From the NCBI RefSeq assembly GCF_009834535.1, contig NC_045698.1, positions 4,156,001-4,220,000 on the forward strand: 64,000 bases of DNA, given 5' to 3'. The first letter of the stretch is position 1. Each line of letters opens with the position of its first letter. Shown piece by piece: positions 12,608 through 26,029 of the stretch. The translations under genes were made by a program, and so were the position numbers. The stretch comes from Camelus ferus. Its lineage: Eukaryota. A model generated the notes under the pieces. It saw only the letters and a program-made list of their open reading frames with translations. It was not told the origin of the DNA and ran no database searches.

Positions 12608-13404
12608 TTCCTTGACCCAGATTCCTTCAGTGGAGCAAATACACAACTGTGACACCATATTTCAAAGAACAGAAGAGGAAGCATGCAACTACTGAGAGCC
12701 TGGGCATCATTACGCAAGTGGTCCCTTGCATTTATGATTTATGATGGGCAACTGCTCCAAATTACACAATCAACCCAAGGGCAAGGACCTTAGAGCCAAG
12801 TCACTTTTCTCCCCACGTCAAGACAATTGGAAAAAGCATCTTTCTCCATCAGCTGTGCCTCTTTATAGAAGCAATTTTTCGGAAAGGACAAAATTCCTTG
12901 ATTGAAAGTCACTATTATGTACAGACACACTGTCAACTTAGTGACAGAATCAGGAAAAAAGTGCACAATAATTGCAAGAATATGTCTCCATTCAAAAGGT
13001 TAAAATGAGACAGCTTTTTGTTTATTAAAGCATAGTCGGTTGCAATGTGTTATTAAACACATGCACCTGAGAGCTGGGAGACTGCTCCAGCAGTTTTGTG
13101 TAAGAAGATGGACGTCCCGTAAGAACCACCAGATACATTTGTTAATACTTATACAAGTAGGTTTAGCTCAAAAAAGGAAGTACAACTTTGCCTGGGAAAT
13201 GAATTGTTCCAAGAGGTGGAAGGAAATGCTGTCTGCTTATGGTATGAACAGATAAGTTTCTGTGGAACAACATCCAGTCTGAACTCAGCACTCTGGAATG
13301 AAGAAAATCCTAGTCATCTTGGCTGGCAAAGCACCAAGCGGTCTTCCAGATGCGACTGTCCATTGCTCACAGTTGCTAAGACTTCAAAGTTGAATCCAAA
13401 ACAG

Positions 13405-13482
13405 GTGTGTGTGAGAGGGGTGTGTGTATGTTTGTGTGTGCGTGTGTGTGTGTGTATGTGTGTGTGCATGTGCGTGTGTGTC
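13405..13482. repeat. Imperfect (TG)n microsatellite
   Basis: Directly visible. Confidence 0.9.
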
Positions 13483-14227
13483 TGGGTGTTTCCTATGGAC
13501 TCCTCCATCCTTCCATTAGACTCAAGTCATTTATTAAGCAAATTCTACAGCCCATCTTTCCTGGCACCCTACCCAGTACCTTTTGAGGAACAAGACTGTG
13601 TTTAATGTGCTTCACTCACTCAGTGCCTACAGCGTTCCTGGCATCAGGCTACATGGGAAAGAAACCAAACCTTCGTCCAGAGGACGCACAAGATGTGCAA
13701 ATAGAAAAAGACTCCAATGTCTATAACTGTTCTAAATTAGATTCTTGACAATTGAGATGTTTTTGATATAAAGTTTAAGTGAAAAAACTCAGACATAGTA
13801 GAATGGCTACAATCAACACTCCAATAGGATAATTTTGTTGGGGTTATTTTGTCCCAGACTTCCCTCTTTAGCAGTCATGACCACAGCTCCTCCACTCCGT
13901 GCTTCCTGTGAAGCCCCTGTTTCTGGCAGTAAGTGGATATGCCCCTTACCCCAGGTCGTGTGGGGCGATGCACATAAGGAATGCTGAGCACGTCTGTGGG
14001 CGCTACAGGCTACTCCAAATTAACAGGCATGTGCAGGCAATAGGTTTCTCAGTGGTCTTCAGGTTTTGTTTTTGATTTTTGAAGTCTAGACATCTTTCAG
14101 GCTCCAGTCTTCCTTCCCTGGCCCTGAACAGCGAAGTTTCTCCGGCCCTCTGTCCTATCCCTTCACACCCCAATCGCCTTGCATTAAATGTATACAGTGT
14201 GGGGAGGGGGGTCTGGCTTCACTGTAG

Positions 14228-14322
14228 GTGGACTGAGAGCTCCCCAAGGAGGTTTCGACTCACCTTTGCATCTCTAGCAGATGGCTTTGTACCCAGTGCC
14301 TAGCGGGTATTCAATAAATAAG
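14228..14322 (+). mobile_element. L2 LINE 3' end fragment
   Basis: gactgagagctcc...acccagtgcctagcgggtattcaataaata. Confidence 0.6.
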
Positions 14323-15149
14323 GTCTTGGATGGAGTCAAAGATGATGTTGTATTCCTTCCAAACAGGCAAACTTCCTCCGATGCATATTCACTAAGCTGC
14401 AGTCCTAGCGACAAGGACAAGGACAAAGGGGACCTGCTCGAGTGACACCTGCTAACAGGTGGGAAGGATTTACAGGGACTTCGCACGATGGTCTTCTGTC
14501 CCTATTCTGGACTGCGGTTAAAAGACTTGTAAGTTTTCTTCTTCCAACATGTTTTGCTAGAAGGAGCATCTCACAGAGACTGGGGGACGTGGTGGGACTC
14601 TCAGTGGTCCCCCCGGGATCATGGAAGTTCCTCCCAGGGCCACCAATTCAGAAATTTAACTAACATTCCCGTCACAGTGCCCTTCATGTTAAGGGGCGTT
14701 TGCAAGGTGAGAGGCACTCTCACAGCTGGCTGGGGTGCGTGACTATTATCAGAAGCAAGCAGATTTGGGGGTGGGGGCAGCGGGGTTGAACTGTAGAATG
14801 ACAATATTTTCTATGACATAGAATCTGAAGACCTTGCTTTTAACTTGCATTTAGCCCCTGGAAATAACCAAGGAGGTGAGACCTGAACACTGAAAAGCAG
14901 TGTGGACTTGGGGGGCCCAGAGCACGTGTCGTCGACACGAAGGGGCGCACTAACAGTGGCCCAGGGAGCCCATGACAGCACTCCCAGCCCCACCAAGGGG
15001 AAGCCAACTCGCTGTGATCTGCCAGAATCTCATGGGAAAATGCTCGGGTTCCTTCAGCTGAAAATGAAAGTAGGAAGTAGATACTACACCAGCAAAAACG
15101 GCTAGAAAATTTTTAAAAAAATGTTAAATAGTCTTTTATAACCTCAAAA

Positions 15150-15375
15150 ACCTCAACATATAAGGCCTCCACACAGAAAACTACAAAATTACCACTGAAA
15201 AAATTAAAGAAAATCTAAATAAACAGTGGGCTACGCCCTCTTTATGAGTTAGAAGACTCAGCATAGTATGATGTCAGCTCTCCTCTAAAATAATCTAAGA
15301 ATTTTATGGAGTTCCAATTAAAATCAAATAAGCATATCTTTTGTTATTTATTTACCCTGCTGAAATTTTGACTGG
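15150..15375 (+). mobile_element. Old L1 ORF2 fragment
   Basis: acagaaaactacaaaatt...aattaaagaaaatctaaataaa...agaagactcagcatagta...ccaattaaaatc, homologous to the L1 YTENYK...IKEDL region. Confidence 0.75.
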
Positions 15376-17239
15376 GGTTGTACAAACACCATAGAGCCGT
15401 TTGGAGAGAATTAACATTCGCAACCATATCGCGCTTTCTACTCCGTGAACGTGGAGTGCATCTGAGCTCCTGTCGAGAGCTGGGAATCAGGGAGGCGGAG
15501 ACGCTTGGCCCTATTCTACAAATCACATCACTGTGCTGGGAAATCGCGTCACGACGCTGACACAAATGAGAGGCGGTAGAACCCATTTTGATGATCAGAT
15601 GCGTACATGGAGCAGAGAGGAAATCCAAAGGAAAAGAACACAGTGGGTGGGTTCCCTGAGGGGATCCAAAATGAGCCAGCACAGCGGATGATCAACGGCC
15701 TCACCAATGACCACAGGCCAGACCTGGGACCTGTGGCCAGAGGACCCTCCTGGGGACCCGGCCCTGGCACCACTGCCACACGGACAGAAGCGTCCTTGGT
15801 TAACTGAACTGCTCACAGGAGCTCCTGATCCCCACTCTGTGTTCATTAGTTATTCCTGGGGCAAAGACCTGGGTGGTCAGGAGTTTATGCACACAGTGGA
15901 TAGAAGCGGCGCCTTGACATTGGAAAGTCACTGAGTGCAAAGTACCACACACCTAAAACTTAGAAGAGACTCCCAGAAGGGCACATGAAGTGAAAAGGTC
16001 TTCTAAAGCTAGCGCACTTTTTCATGGAAGAGGAAGGAGCAGCAAGTGAAAGGCTGAATTCTCCAAGGTCGTCCATCCCCTCAGTGAGTGGGAGCCAGGA
16101 CAGGAGACGCGCCCTAGGTCCCCAGTGCACGGGCACCCATCCTTCTCCCCTTTTTTTGTCCATCTTAGTCCCCAGAACCCTGGGGTGCTGCAGGATTTCC
16201 TGCACCAACTCTGCATTTTCTTTGAACTGAATTAAACATGCACACACTTTCTCTGACACACGTATCTACTATATTTTTCAACCATATAGATGCTACTGTG
16301 ATTAATAAAATTTAAAATTATTTCAAGGTGTTACTGAATTCATATCATCTATCATAGTGTATTCATAATGTGTTTCCTCAGTTCGTCTTTATTAAAAGTA
16401 CAAGCATCTCATGAGTTCCCACTAAATTGGTGATATTACAAAAGGGTCTCTCGGGGAAGCACTCAGAAGCCACTGCCCTGCCCTACACCACTCCTACTCT
16501 TTCTGACTTCCCATTCTGGGAGAAATAAGGCAAAGTTAGATGAAAAGCAAGCATGTTTGAGAATCTCGTCCTCTTCTCAGTCTTGGATGGTAAGAATGTC
16601 TTTGTGGATTTTGTCCGCTAGCCCGGCTGTACGGCAAACAGCGAATGCTCCACATTTGTTCTTGGAAGGTAGCAGTTGCCACGCTGACTTGTCACCACCG
16701 GGAACACACCTGTGAATGGTGCGCAGGAGGAAGCAGCCATTCTGCTGAGGATAAAATTTGACACTCTAATCTGTTCAAATTGTTTTCCAAATCACAAATT
16801 ACCTTGAACGCATCTTTAAAATAGAACAAAGGAGCAACGTGATAGGTGTTTTAGTTATTTGCCACTTAAACTCTACAGTACTGTCTTCCGCTGTGGACAG
16901 GATCACCATGTGTCCACACAGAATATCATCTTCATTTTCAACAAGCAATATTCAGCCCAGTGGCAGTGCAGAATACCCTTGGGCCGAGCAATCTTAGATG
17001 GATGTGTATTCTAGCTGAGACCGGCCCCTGACAGGTTTACAATTGGGAATAGAACGTTTAAGTCAGCCAAGGAACGCCGTATTTTCTAAACAGAGTTTAT
17101 AGTGTTTCTGATGCTGCTCAACAAACAGCGCTGAGCCATTAGGTGAACTAAAATTTGTGTAAAATCACAAGAATTCCTGTAGAATCCATCAATTTTTGCT
17201 TTGCAAAACCTAAATGCAGACTTTGTATTTACTTTAAGG

Positions 17240-17430
17240 TATCAGATTCACCAGGGAAACAGACTTTGAGATAGGGATGTCCATGCAGGGGTTCAATGGG
17301 GACCATCCTTTGGTGGGTTGGGGAGGAGGACCATGAGGCGGACTGAGATGGTCAGTGTCACAGTGGGTTCAGCGAGTCCCCTGGGGAACTCGGGAGCTGA
17401 GATGGCCCTGCTGAGAGCTCCCTCTCCTTG
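17240..17430 (-). mobile_element. LTR16/LTR33-like ERVL LTR fragment
   Basis: ggaaacagactttgagatagggatgtccatgcagggg...ggagctgagatggccct. Confidence 0.55.
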
Positions 17431-17626
17431 CTGATCATTAAAGAGGGGCCCACCGAAGGCCCTCAAAGCTTGCTTCTGCCTCCAGGCCCATCAGCAGCTG
17501 AGTCAAGGACCAGGAGCAAGCCAGGCACAGCCCACGAGGACGACCATTACTGGTAGAGCTAATGCTGATAAGAACAACTCCCCTTTACTGAGAACTAGCG
17601 TACGTCAGCCACCGAACGCGGCCCTC

Positions 17627-18071
17627 TGCAGTCTTCCTAGGGCTGCTGTGACAAAGAACCACAAACCAAGTGCCTTAAAACAACAGAAATTAATTTCGTC
17701 ACAGTTCTTGAAGCTGGAGCTCAAAATCAAGCTGTGGGCAAGATAGCTTCTTTCTGAGGACTCTGAGAAAGAACCTGTTCCACACCTCCCCCTGCTCCTG
17801 GTGTCCCGGCTGGCAGCCCTTGGAGATCCTTGGCTTGTCCAGTCTCTGCCTCTCTCATTGCACGATGTTCTCCACTCATGTGTCTGCGTCCTTATCTCTC
17901 CTTACAAGGACACCAATCCTATTGGGTTAGGACGCCACTCTGCTCTAGGATGACCTCATCTTAACGAATTACCTCTTCCATGATTTATTTCCAGATAAGT
18001 TCACATTCTGAGGTATTGGGCGTTAGGACTTTGACATGTGAATTTGGAGGGAACCAATTCAACCCATAGCA
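17627..18071 (-). mobile_element. MaLR solo LTR (MLT1C-like)
   Basis: cctagggctgctgtgacaaagaaccacaaac...ttaaaacaacagaaatt...gacctcatcttaac...cacattctgaggtattgg...aattcaacccatagca. Confidence 0.9.
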
Positions 18072-18112
18072 GTAGGTTTTCTGATTGCCACTTTGTATAT
18101 GAAGAAGTTGAC

Positions 18113-18716
18113 GGTATCAGTGGGCGTCCACTCAGGAATATAGAAGTTCCACCAGTTGTTTTAATAGCAGAGAAATTAATAGACAGTATTGGTTAAATAA
18201 TTATTAAAGCATTGAAAAAGTACAAGAAGATCATAACATGAGGACAGACTGTGCAAGAAACAGCTACTTCCCCTGAGCTTGGGGGGACCAAGGACAGAGG
18301 ATGAGACCATCAGATCTCAGAAACTTGAATGAGCATGGGGGGAAGTGGGACCTACTGGTATTGATAGCTCCAGAGCTTTGAAGGTGGGAACTCATGACAC
18401 TGATACTAAAACCTCAGAAGTGGACGTGCTGTCCTGCTGGCACTTTTATCTCTGGGGGTGCACTGGGTCTGATTTGGGGAATACGAGTAAAAACTGTGAA
18501 CTGGAACCAGCAGGCACTGCTGTGGGGAAGGTGTGTTCCTAGGATTAAATTGAGAAGATCAAGTCCCGCTCTGCCCCCTAGTCTGGTGGTCTCCCTTCCA
18601 GCACCCTCTTTGTCAGGAGCAACTGGCAAAGCAGAGAGCGGTTTGAAGAGCCTCGGCACCTGCAACCCAACCCAGAGTCCAGAAGGATGAGATAATAGCT
18701 TTGTTAAAACTCACCA
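18113..18716 (-). mobile_element. Old solo LTR (LTR78/LTR79-like, tentative)
   Basis: gtatcagtgggcgtccactcagga...cagctacttcccctgagc...gagataatagctt...aactcacca. Confidence 0.55.
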
Positions 18717-20009
18717 GGATTCAGAAAAATCTCAGCATGCAGTGAGGCAGCTAGGATCCTAACCCAGGTCTATGATGGTGACACTTCAGACTCAGGTCCT
18801 GCCGTTTGATTTACTTTCCCTTAAGACAGATACTTAAGAGCAGCTAAATGTGAGCTGCTTTCATCCTTAAATCATAATCCAGAAACGAATAGTGGAAGAA
18901 CAGAAATGTATTGTAAGGACCAGCCTCATTAGTCAATTGTGGATCATAAGCAAAAAGCCCAGTGTGCTCCCTTGCACAGACTTAGTAATTCTGTGGCAGG
19001 GCTTAGTAAAAACCTTTTTTAATGTGCCAACAGAGGAACGGCAGCTAGCAACTGCTGACCCTCAGAATAAGGAGGGAAACGTGGGGTATAAAAGCCTAAT
19101 AATGTCAACAAGTGGGTCTCAATCAATAAAGATCAGGAAAAAAATAGAATTTAGGATCACAACATGTAAAGTTAATAATCTGAAAGAGGAAATGTTCTTA
19201 TGATTGGAAGTCAACTAGTAAGCCCTTTGGCACGGAGGCAGGGGCGCACTGGGAACCCAGAACAACCGTGGGGCTTCTTGACGTCAGAGTTACAGGCGTT
19301 TTTCTAGGACAGCCATACCTTCGATCTGCGACAGATATTTTCTTGAAATATTTAAGCTGACTGTTTGTAAATCAAATTATATTTTGCTTACACTTCTGTC
19401 TCCTGGGCTCTCTAGTTCATAATAAATGAATGTGTAATAAAGCCATCTTTGACGTCCTTTGCAAGCATGACTTTAAAGCACCCCAACTTACTTACTCTTT
19501 CTGTACCAGATGATCTTAAAGCGGGACACTTGTGTCACTGCCACACTTTCCTATTATAAAAGTTTATAAAACTTAGCGGCACCTAAGTCTTCTTTTCTAA
19601 ATTTGCAGGATTATGACAAAGTCAGTCTGAGTTGTTTATGGAAATCAAACCACAGCAGGGGAACAGTTGTATCTTTGCATAAAGGAGGAAGACGAGGTGA
19701 CCATCACTAACTGAGGCAGGCAGGCAGGAAGATCCTTTGCTTGATCTCCTGCCTTCTGAATACTGTGGACCCATGGTCTTGACTTTCTACAGAATGCTCA
19801 ACTTCTGCTTGTTTCTATCCCAAGACATACACCCTGGCCTTCAACCACTCATGCGCTCCCATCAGGGTCATGTAGTGGCTCTGTCCCCACACTACATCAT
19901 CCTCCTCCCCAGGGAGCCCCCCCGCTGCATCCCTCCTCTCCTCTGTGCTCTGACTCAGTACTCATAGAACAGTGAGAAGAGGAAATACAGATGTTTGAAT
20001 TGAGTGGAA

Positions 20010-20170
20010 AGGGCTCAAACTCTCCATCTATGACTTTCTACCCATGAGACCTCTCAGATATGTTCATCTGCAGAACAAAAGGCAAGTTAATTATGCCAAA
20101 CTTGGATGGTTATCATTATTAAATGAGACTGTATGAAGATGTCTAGCAAACATCTAGGTGTTTAACAAAG
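20010..20170 (+). mobile_element. MIR fragment
   Basis: ttcatctgcagaac...attattaaatgagactgtatgaagatgtctagca. Confidence 0.55.
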
Positions 20171-20505
20171 AGCCCCCTCACCTTGGCTCATTATTCTGTG
20201 TTGGTGACCCACTGTGACTCCGGTTTCTGATAGATCAATATCTCAAACAGACACAAGGAAAAACCCTTCAGACAGCTCGGCTAACTTCTGTCTTCTGACC
20301 CTCCTTTGAGATATTAAAGGAAATTTCAAGATAAAATCCAAGATGAAATGTCTGTACAAGTCACACTGACATATACAGACACCTGAAGTCTGATTCATCT
20401 GTATAAAAGTCAAAATATGTAAGTAGCAGAAGGAAATTTAGAGACATCTACACCAGCGTCCCTGTTTCCTACTAGCAGGGGCACCCTTAGAGTAAACTGG
20501 TCCCA

Positions 20506-20869
20506 TGTTTCTCAGTCCATTCCAGGGTGCTATAACAAATGATCTCAGACTGAGTGGTTATAAAGAACAGACACTTATTTCTCAGAGTTCTGGAGGATGG
20601 AAGTCTGAGATCAGGGTCCCAACACTGGTCAGGTCAGGTGAGGACCCATTGCTTCTGGGCTGCAGACTTCTGGTTGTGTCCCCACATAGTGGAAAGGGCA
20701 GAGTGAGAGCAAGATCTAGTGTCTTTCCTTAAAAGGGCACTAATCCTGCTCTTGAAGGCTCCATCCACATGACCTAATCACCCTGCAAAGGCCCCACCTC
20801 CTGATACAATCACACTGGGATTAGGGGTTCAGCATACGAATTTTGGGGAGACATATTTGGTCCATTTCA
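20506..20869 (-). mobile_element. MaLR solo LTR (MLT1A-like)
   Basis: tgctataacaaa...ttatttctcagagttctggaggatggaagtctgagatcagg...catgacctaatcacc...aaggccccacctcctgatacaatcacactggg; TG...CA ends. Confidence 0.92.
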
Positions 20870-22341
20870 CCATTTGCTAGACAAGAGCTGGGCATACATT
20901 ATCTCATTTAGCTCTCATGGCAACTGGAAAGGTAAGAATTATCCCCAATAAACACGCAGTAAAACTGCACAGGAACATCCAACCAGTCGGGTGCAAAGCC
21001 AGGACCACTGGTCCTGGGTCTTTCCACCTTATTGTACTGAATCTTGCAAGCGTTCTGTAAGCTTCAGACAGAGCTGTCTTCACCATTATTTTCCAGGGCT
21101 GGAAACTGAGCACCTAATCTTGCCTGGTGTTTCTGTTAGTCTAAACGTGGATCAAATGAGAATGTGGGGCTTGTCCCACGCAGATCAGCTGTAAAACAGA
21201 CAGACAGGCAAATGCATACAAACAGCCATGCTTGCACACATGCATACATGCACAGGTAAGTTCGTGTCAGCTGTGAGCCCGTGTAGGCACCTGGGCAAGA
21301 AAGCCTTATAATGTTTCTCCTGGTGGTTTTGAGCCTACACAGAATCCTCTTCTTAGCCAGGGTCAGGGGTCTGGGGTTGACACCCTCTCTAACAGCAAGT
21401 GCAGTTTCAGGAGAAAGAGGTCAACTCAAGGAAGAGCAAAGGAGAAGGGGAGAGAGGATGCCATAGCCTGCTCAGCTGAGCCAGCCTTGGGGTCCACGGG
21501 CTGAAACGGTCACAGAGTTCCCCTCACAGCCGGAAAATGTTTGAGAACCTTTATCTCTCTGAGCAATAATGGTTTCAGTGTATTATTCTCTTAGTGGGCT
21601 GAGAAATACAAGAGAATGAAGAGATAAGCTTAGTGGACAGGGAGAAACTTGACAGGCTGTGAGAGCCCTGTGGGTCTCTCATTCCTTCTTTATTAAGCAG
21701 GAAAAAAAGCCAATTGCCGGAGCGCAGACAAGCGCAGCCCAGGTCAGGATGCTGACATCCTGGGAAGTCCACTGTGGGTTGGCTTCAGCAAAGGGGCCTG
21801 CATGGATTGATGTATTAAAACGGCTCCCCATAGGTATGCTTCCCTGCCTGTGTGCATCCTGGAAATCGATGGGCACTCTGCGTGGCTCACCAGATGTCTC
21901 TGAGCATAATTAATTAATCAGGGCATTAAGCTACTGGAATGAAATCTACTTTTCATTACTTGTGTTCTTAAAAAAAGAATGACTGCAGGGTATTTGACAC
22001 TTGTAAGAGTTTTGAGGTGACTGCATTTTATATGATGCCAAGAAAACTGATTTCATATGTTCTTATTTTTATACTAATTTTCAACAAATGTGCTCAAATT
22101 ACATAATAAAACTGAAAGGTTAACATTCTTTTTAATTTAGGGAAATTTCTGATTACAGTTGTGACCTCACAGCCTCAGACTTATGCTTCAGAGTTTTCAC
22201 CATGGTTTTGGACTTAAAGAAGTAATATTAGAACACTCACTTTTAAAACATTACACTAGGAACTCAGTGAGATGTTGAGAAGAAAGGTATGCAGCCTGTG
22301 AGCTTCGTTCAGGTATAAACTGAATCATCAACTCTAAATTT

Positions 22342-22380
22342 TGTGTGTGTGTGCGCGCGCACACACACACACACACACAC
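22342..22380. repeat. (TG)n(CG)n(CA)n alternating purine-pyrimidine tract with a perfect 30-bp palindrome
   Basis: tgtgtgtgtgt gcgcgcgc acacacacaca is self-complementary (22342-22371). Confidence 0.95.
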
Positions 22381-22544
22381 CCCACTTCTCCTTTTCTAAG
22401 CATCTGGCCCTGATGGCATGTTTCTATTTTCTCCCTCCCCCTCCCACACTTTCTGAACTGATCGCTCCTTTCTTTGTGATATGTGTCCCATAATTCTCCA
22501 TAGCCTCACAAGCTGTTTTGCTAACTAACTATTCAAGTTCAAAA

Positions 22545-23330
22545 GTGCAACCAATTCCAAGCAGGAAAAATAAAACTAAATCCACAGGAACACAGATCAC
22601 AGTAAAACTTCAAAACCCCAAAGGAAGATAAAATCATAAAGGCATCCAGAAAAAAAGCATATCTACACACGTGTGTATGCATGTGTGTGTATGTGTGTGT
22701 ATGTGTGCGTGTGTGTGTATGTGTGTGTATGTGTGTGTATGTGTGTGTATGTGTGTGTAGAAAGCGAGATGAAGAGAGCCCTTCAAAGGAATGAGAATAA
22801 CAATTGACTTCTTGCTAACAACCATGGAAGCCAGAAGACATGAAAATGACATCTCCGATGAATGAAGGTGGAATAAGTCTATACCCATTAAATGTATCTT
22901 TCAAGAATAAGGTCTAAACAAACACTCTTTACAACAAAAAATGAGACCACTGGCAACAGAAAATTAAAGGAAATTCTTAAGAATTTAGTTCAGGTAGAAA
23001 AAAATTATCCCAGATAGAAAGTTTGAAATGCAAGAAGAAAACAAGGGCTAACAAAATGGAAATACATGCATAAATCTAAATAAAATAATGTCTCTTGAGG
23101 ATTAAAAAATCTTTTAAAACAATAACAGTAAATGAAGCAGGAGAGGGTAAAAGAATGCAAGTGTTGTAACTTCCTGGCATTGTTCTAAAGCAAATAAAAG
23201 GAATGAATTATTTTAAAAGTAGTAAGTTAAGTAGGCATGGTACAATCCCCAGGGTAAGTATTAAAAGAACAAAAACAAAGCGCGTGACTTTTAAACCAGT
23301 GAAGAGGAAAAACTGATTTTAAAAATACTC
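22545..23330 (+). mobile_element. Old L1 (L1M-type) ORF1/inter-ORF fragment
   Basis: aaggcatccagaaaaaa...gacttcttgctaacaaccatggaagccagaagaca...tctttcaagaataagg; interrupted by a TG repeat. Confidence 0.7.
22671..22758. repeat. (GTGTGTGTAT)n compound microsatellite
   Basis: 10-bp periodicity visible. Confidence 0.92.
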
Positions 23331-23336
23331 TATTAT

Positions 23337-23635
23337 AGAAAGATAAATATACTACTTATATGTGGAATCTAAATGACACAAATGACCTACCAAAGAGAAA
23401 CAGATTCACAGACAAAGGAAACAAACTTGTAGGTACTAAAGGGGAAGGTGGGGGGAGGGGTAAATTAGCAGTTTGGGATTAACAGATACAAAATACTATA
23501 TATAAAATGGCTAAATAACAAGGACATGCTGTACATATAGCACAGTGAACTGTACTCAGTATCTTGTAATAACCTACAATGGAAATATATATACATATTA
23601 TATATATTTATATGCATGTGTATATATATGTAAAT

Positions 23636-23672
<37 letters not shown>

Positions 23673-23691
23673 AACTGAATCATCCTGCTGT
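23337..23691 (+). mobile_element. L1 3'UTR fragment (artiodactyl-type) containing (TG)n at 23638-23668
   Basis: tatatgtggaatctaaa...acagattcacagaca...tttgggattaacagatac...tatcttgtaataaccta. Confidence 0.9.
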
Positions 23692-26029
23692 TGACTGATT
23701 GGATGATCCTTAGCTACTGAATCCGTAGTTTGTGAGACTATGCAGAGTTACGGGAAAGACATCACCGAGAATGGAACAATCAGATTCAGAAAGATTCAGC
23801 AGATTTTTTCCTCTCCTTTTCCATCTCCTTGCATAGCCAATCAATTCCTAGCCTTGGGAAGTTTTCTTTGCATGGTTAAGTCTGCATTTTCCATTCCTTT
23901 CTTTCTGTTTCCACCACCCACCTTCTTGGTTTGCCACACCCTCACCATCTCACTCCTGGACCCCTGTGAGGTGCTCCTGATCCTCCTCTCTGCCTCTGGG
24001 CCGCCCATTACCACACCGTTTCTCCCTTGGGTCTATCACTTCAGTGCTCAGAAATGATCAAGAGCAAACACTGGGGCGTCTGGCTGCACCTTCTCTCACG
24101 CCTGCTCCCTCGTGTGTGTTTGTGTTGCCACCAGTCACCATCGGCTGCTGTTCCTTCCTTTTCCTACCTCTCTATTCCTTCTCAGGCACCCCCTCCTGAA
24201 TGTTTTCCTTCTGGTTTCTTAAATTCTGTGTATTTTTTCATCATCTCACTTAAACACTAAACACAACCCTTTCAAACACTGTTTTCCTACAGAAAAAAAG
24301 CAAGTGAGACACTCAGTAATGGAGAATACAGAAATATGGAAATTGCTGGGGAGAGATGAGAGAAGAGAGAAGCATTGCACCTCTGAGGATGGTAAAAGGA
24401 GCCAGGTCCACAACCGTGCCTCAAATAATCCCGTATCTCACAGCGCCTTGGACCACGTCCATAAGGACACGTATCAGACATAGAGATGCTCAGAGTTGCA
24501 CATGATTCAAGTTCATAGACATTTTAGGAAAATTCAGAGCAAAATAATGTTTTGTCATTATAGAAGCGAGGCCCTTTGGCACCCCATGGAAAGTGACAGC
24601 ATCCCGTCTAGAGTTTACAGGCATCTATCAGCCTCTCTCTTAATGACTATTCTAATTGAGATCACCAAGAAGACTCAGAAAAGCACAGCTCCCTCTCACC
24701 CAGGATCTCAATGTGGATTTGGGGTCAGTATCTCCAGGACGGGACCCTTCCGGGGCTGCTCACTGTCCCCGGTTTCTCCCTGGTCATCTAGAGTGGGCTG
24801 CACCTTCAAATCCCATTGGGTCAGCTCCCAACATAAACAGTCCCTGGCTGGGCTGCTCACAACTTCCCATAGGGCCTTTTCACCTTAACCTGCCTCACAT
24901 TGTTTATATAGCTCTTTGTGGTCCCCATGGCCCTCATCATTCACCTGAATTCCTGACTGCAGCCTCCTAGGGACACAAGTCTGGTGCTGAATACCGCTGG
25001 ATTGGTTCTGATCTCTGCCCCACTCCCTCGCGTCACCCAGCTCCTAGGTGATTCAACACTGCCGGAGAGCACTCTCTGTCCTGTTTCCAGCTTCAGTGCC
25101 CAGGACCTTATCCCAGGTGTCTGACATCTGTGTCACTATTGTGTCAACCCAGCTCAATAGACAGGCAATCCCCATTTCATGAATGCCCATACATGACCAG
25201 TGACACTCAGCACAATAGAATCATCAGGCAGTTATTCTAACAAAGCACATCATTTCTTTTCGGTGAAGAAAAACACAAATGCTGGGGAGTCTGTAGGTAT
25301 GGAACTCGCACAGGGGGCACTACAAGCCCAGACTTCACAAAGGAGTAAAAAAAAAAATGGTCTTCAAGACATTATATCATTATAGAACCTTAAAATCAAG
25401 TTGGAAGATGTATGGTCCATGTTAATATTTCAAGTGTTTATTCAGAGTCAATGGCAGGCAATATGCGAACATACAAGCAAGAGAGGTCTGGCAGAAACAG
25501 CTAAACCCACACTGCATGATTAAGCGGTAAATAGTGTGAAGCGAACAGCATGCTAGAAATGTTCAGAGGCACTGTTAGCAGCCCAGGGTCCAAGCCCAAC
25601 CATCACCACCCTTCTTTCTAACCTGTAAAGGTTTAACTGAGAAAAGGACCTACGGAGATTAAGAATGGCTCGGGGCTGGATGGTGGTCTTGAGCCCGTGA
25701 GCAGGTTGATTCACACCGAGGGTGGGCTCAGGTCTCTCACGGTCCCACCCTAGTTTGGGTGAAGAGCGCTAGCTTTGACCTAACACCTGCACCCTCAGCA
25801 GAGCTAGGGGCAACAAAATTGCTCCCCAAGGGGAAGAACTGATCGTTGGAGGAAAACAGATCTTACATATTGCAATGGTTTGTGGCCCTTCAAAGCTCAA
25901 TGCTACTTGACAAAAATCTATTTCTTAACATTTATTTCATTAAATTAAACTAAAATTTTCTCCTTGGTGGAATGATACTGAAGACAAGTTCAGAAACACC
26001 AACCTAAGCCTTTTGATTAAAAAGGGCCA

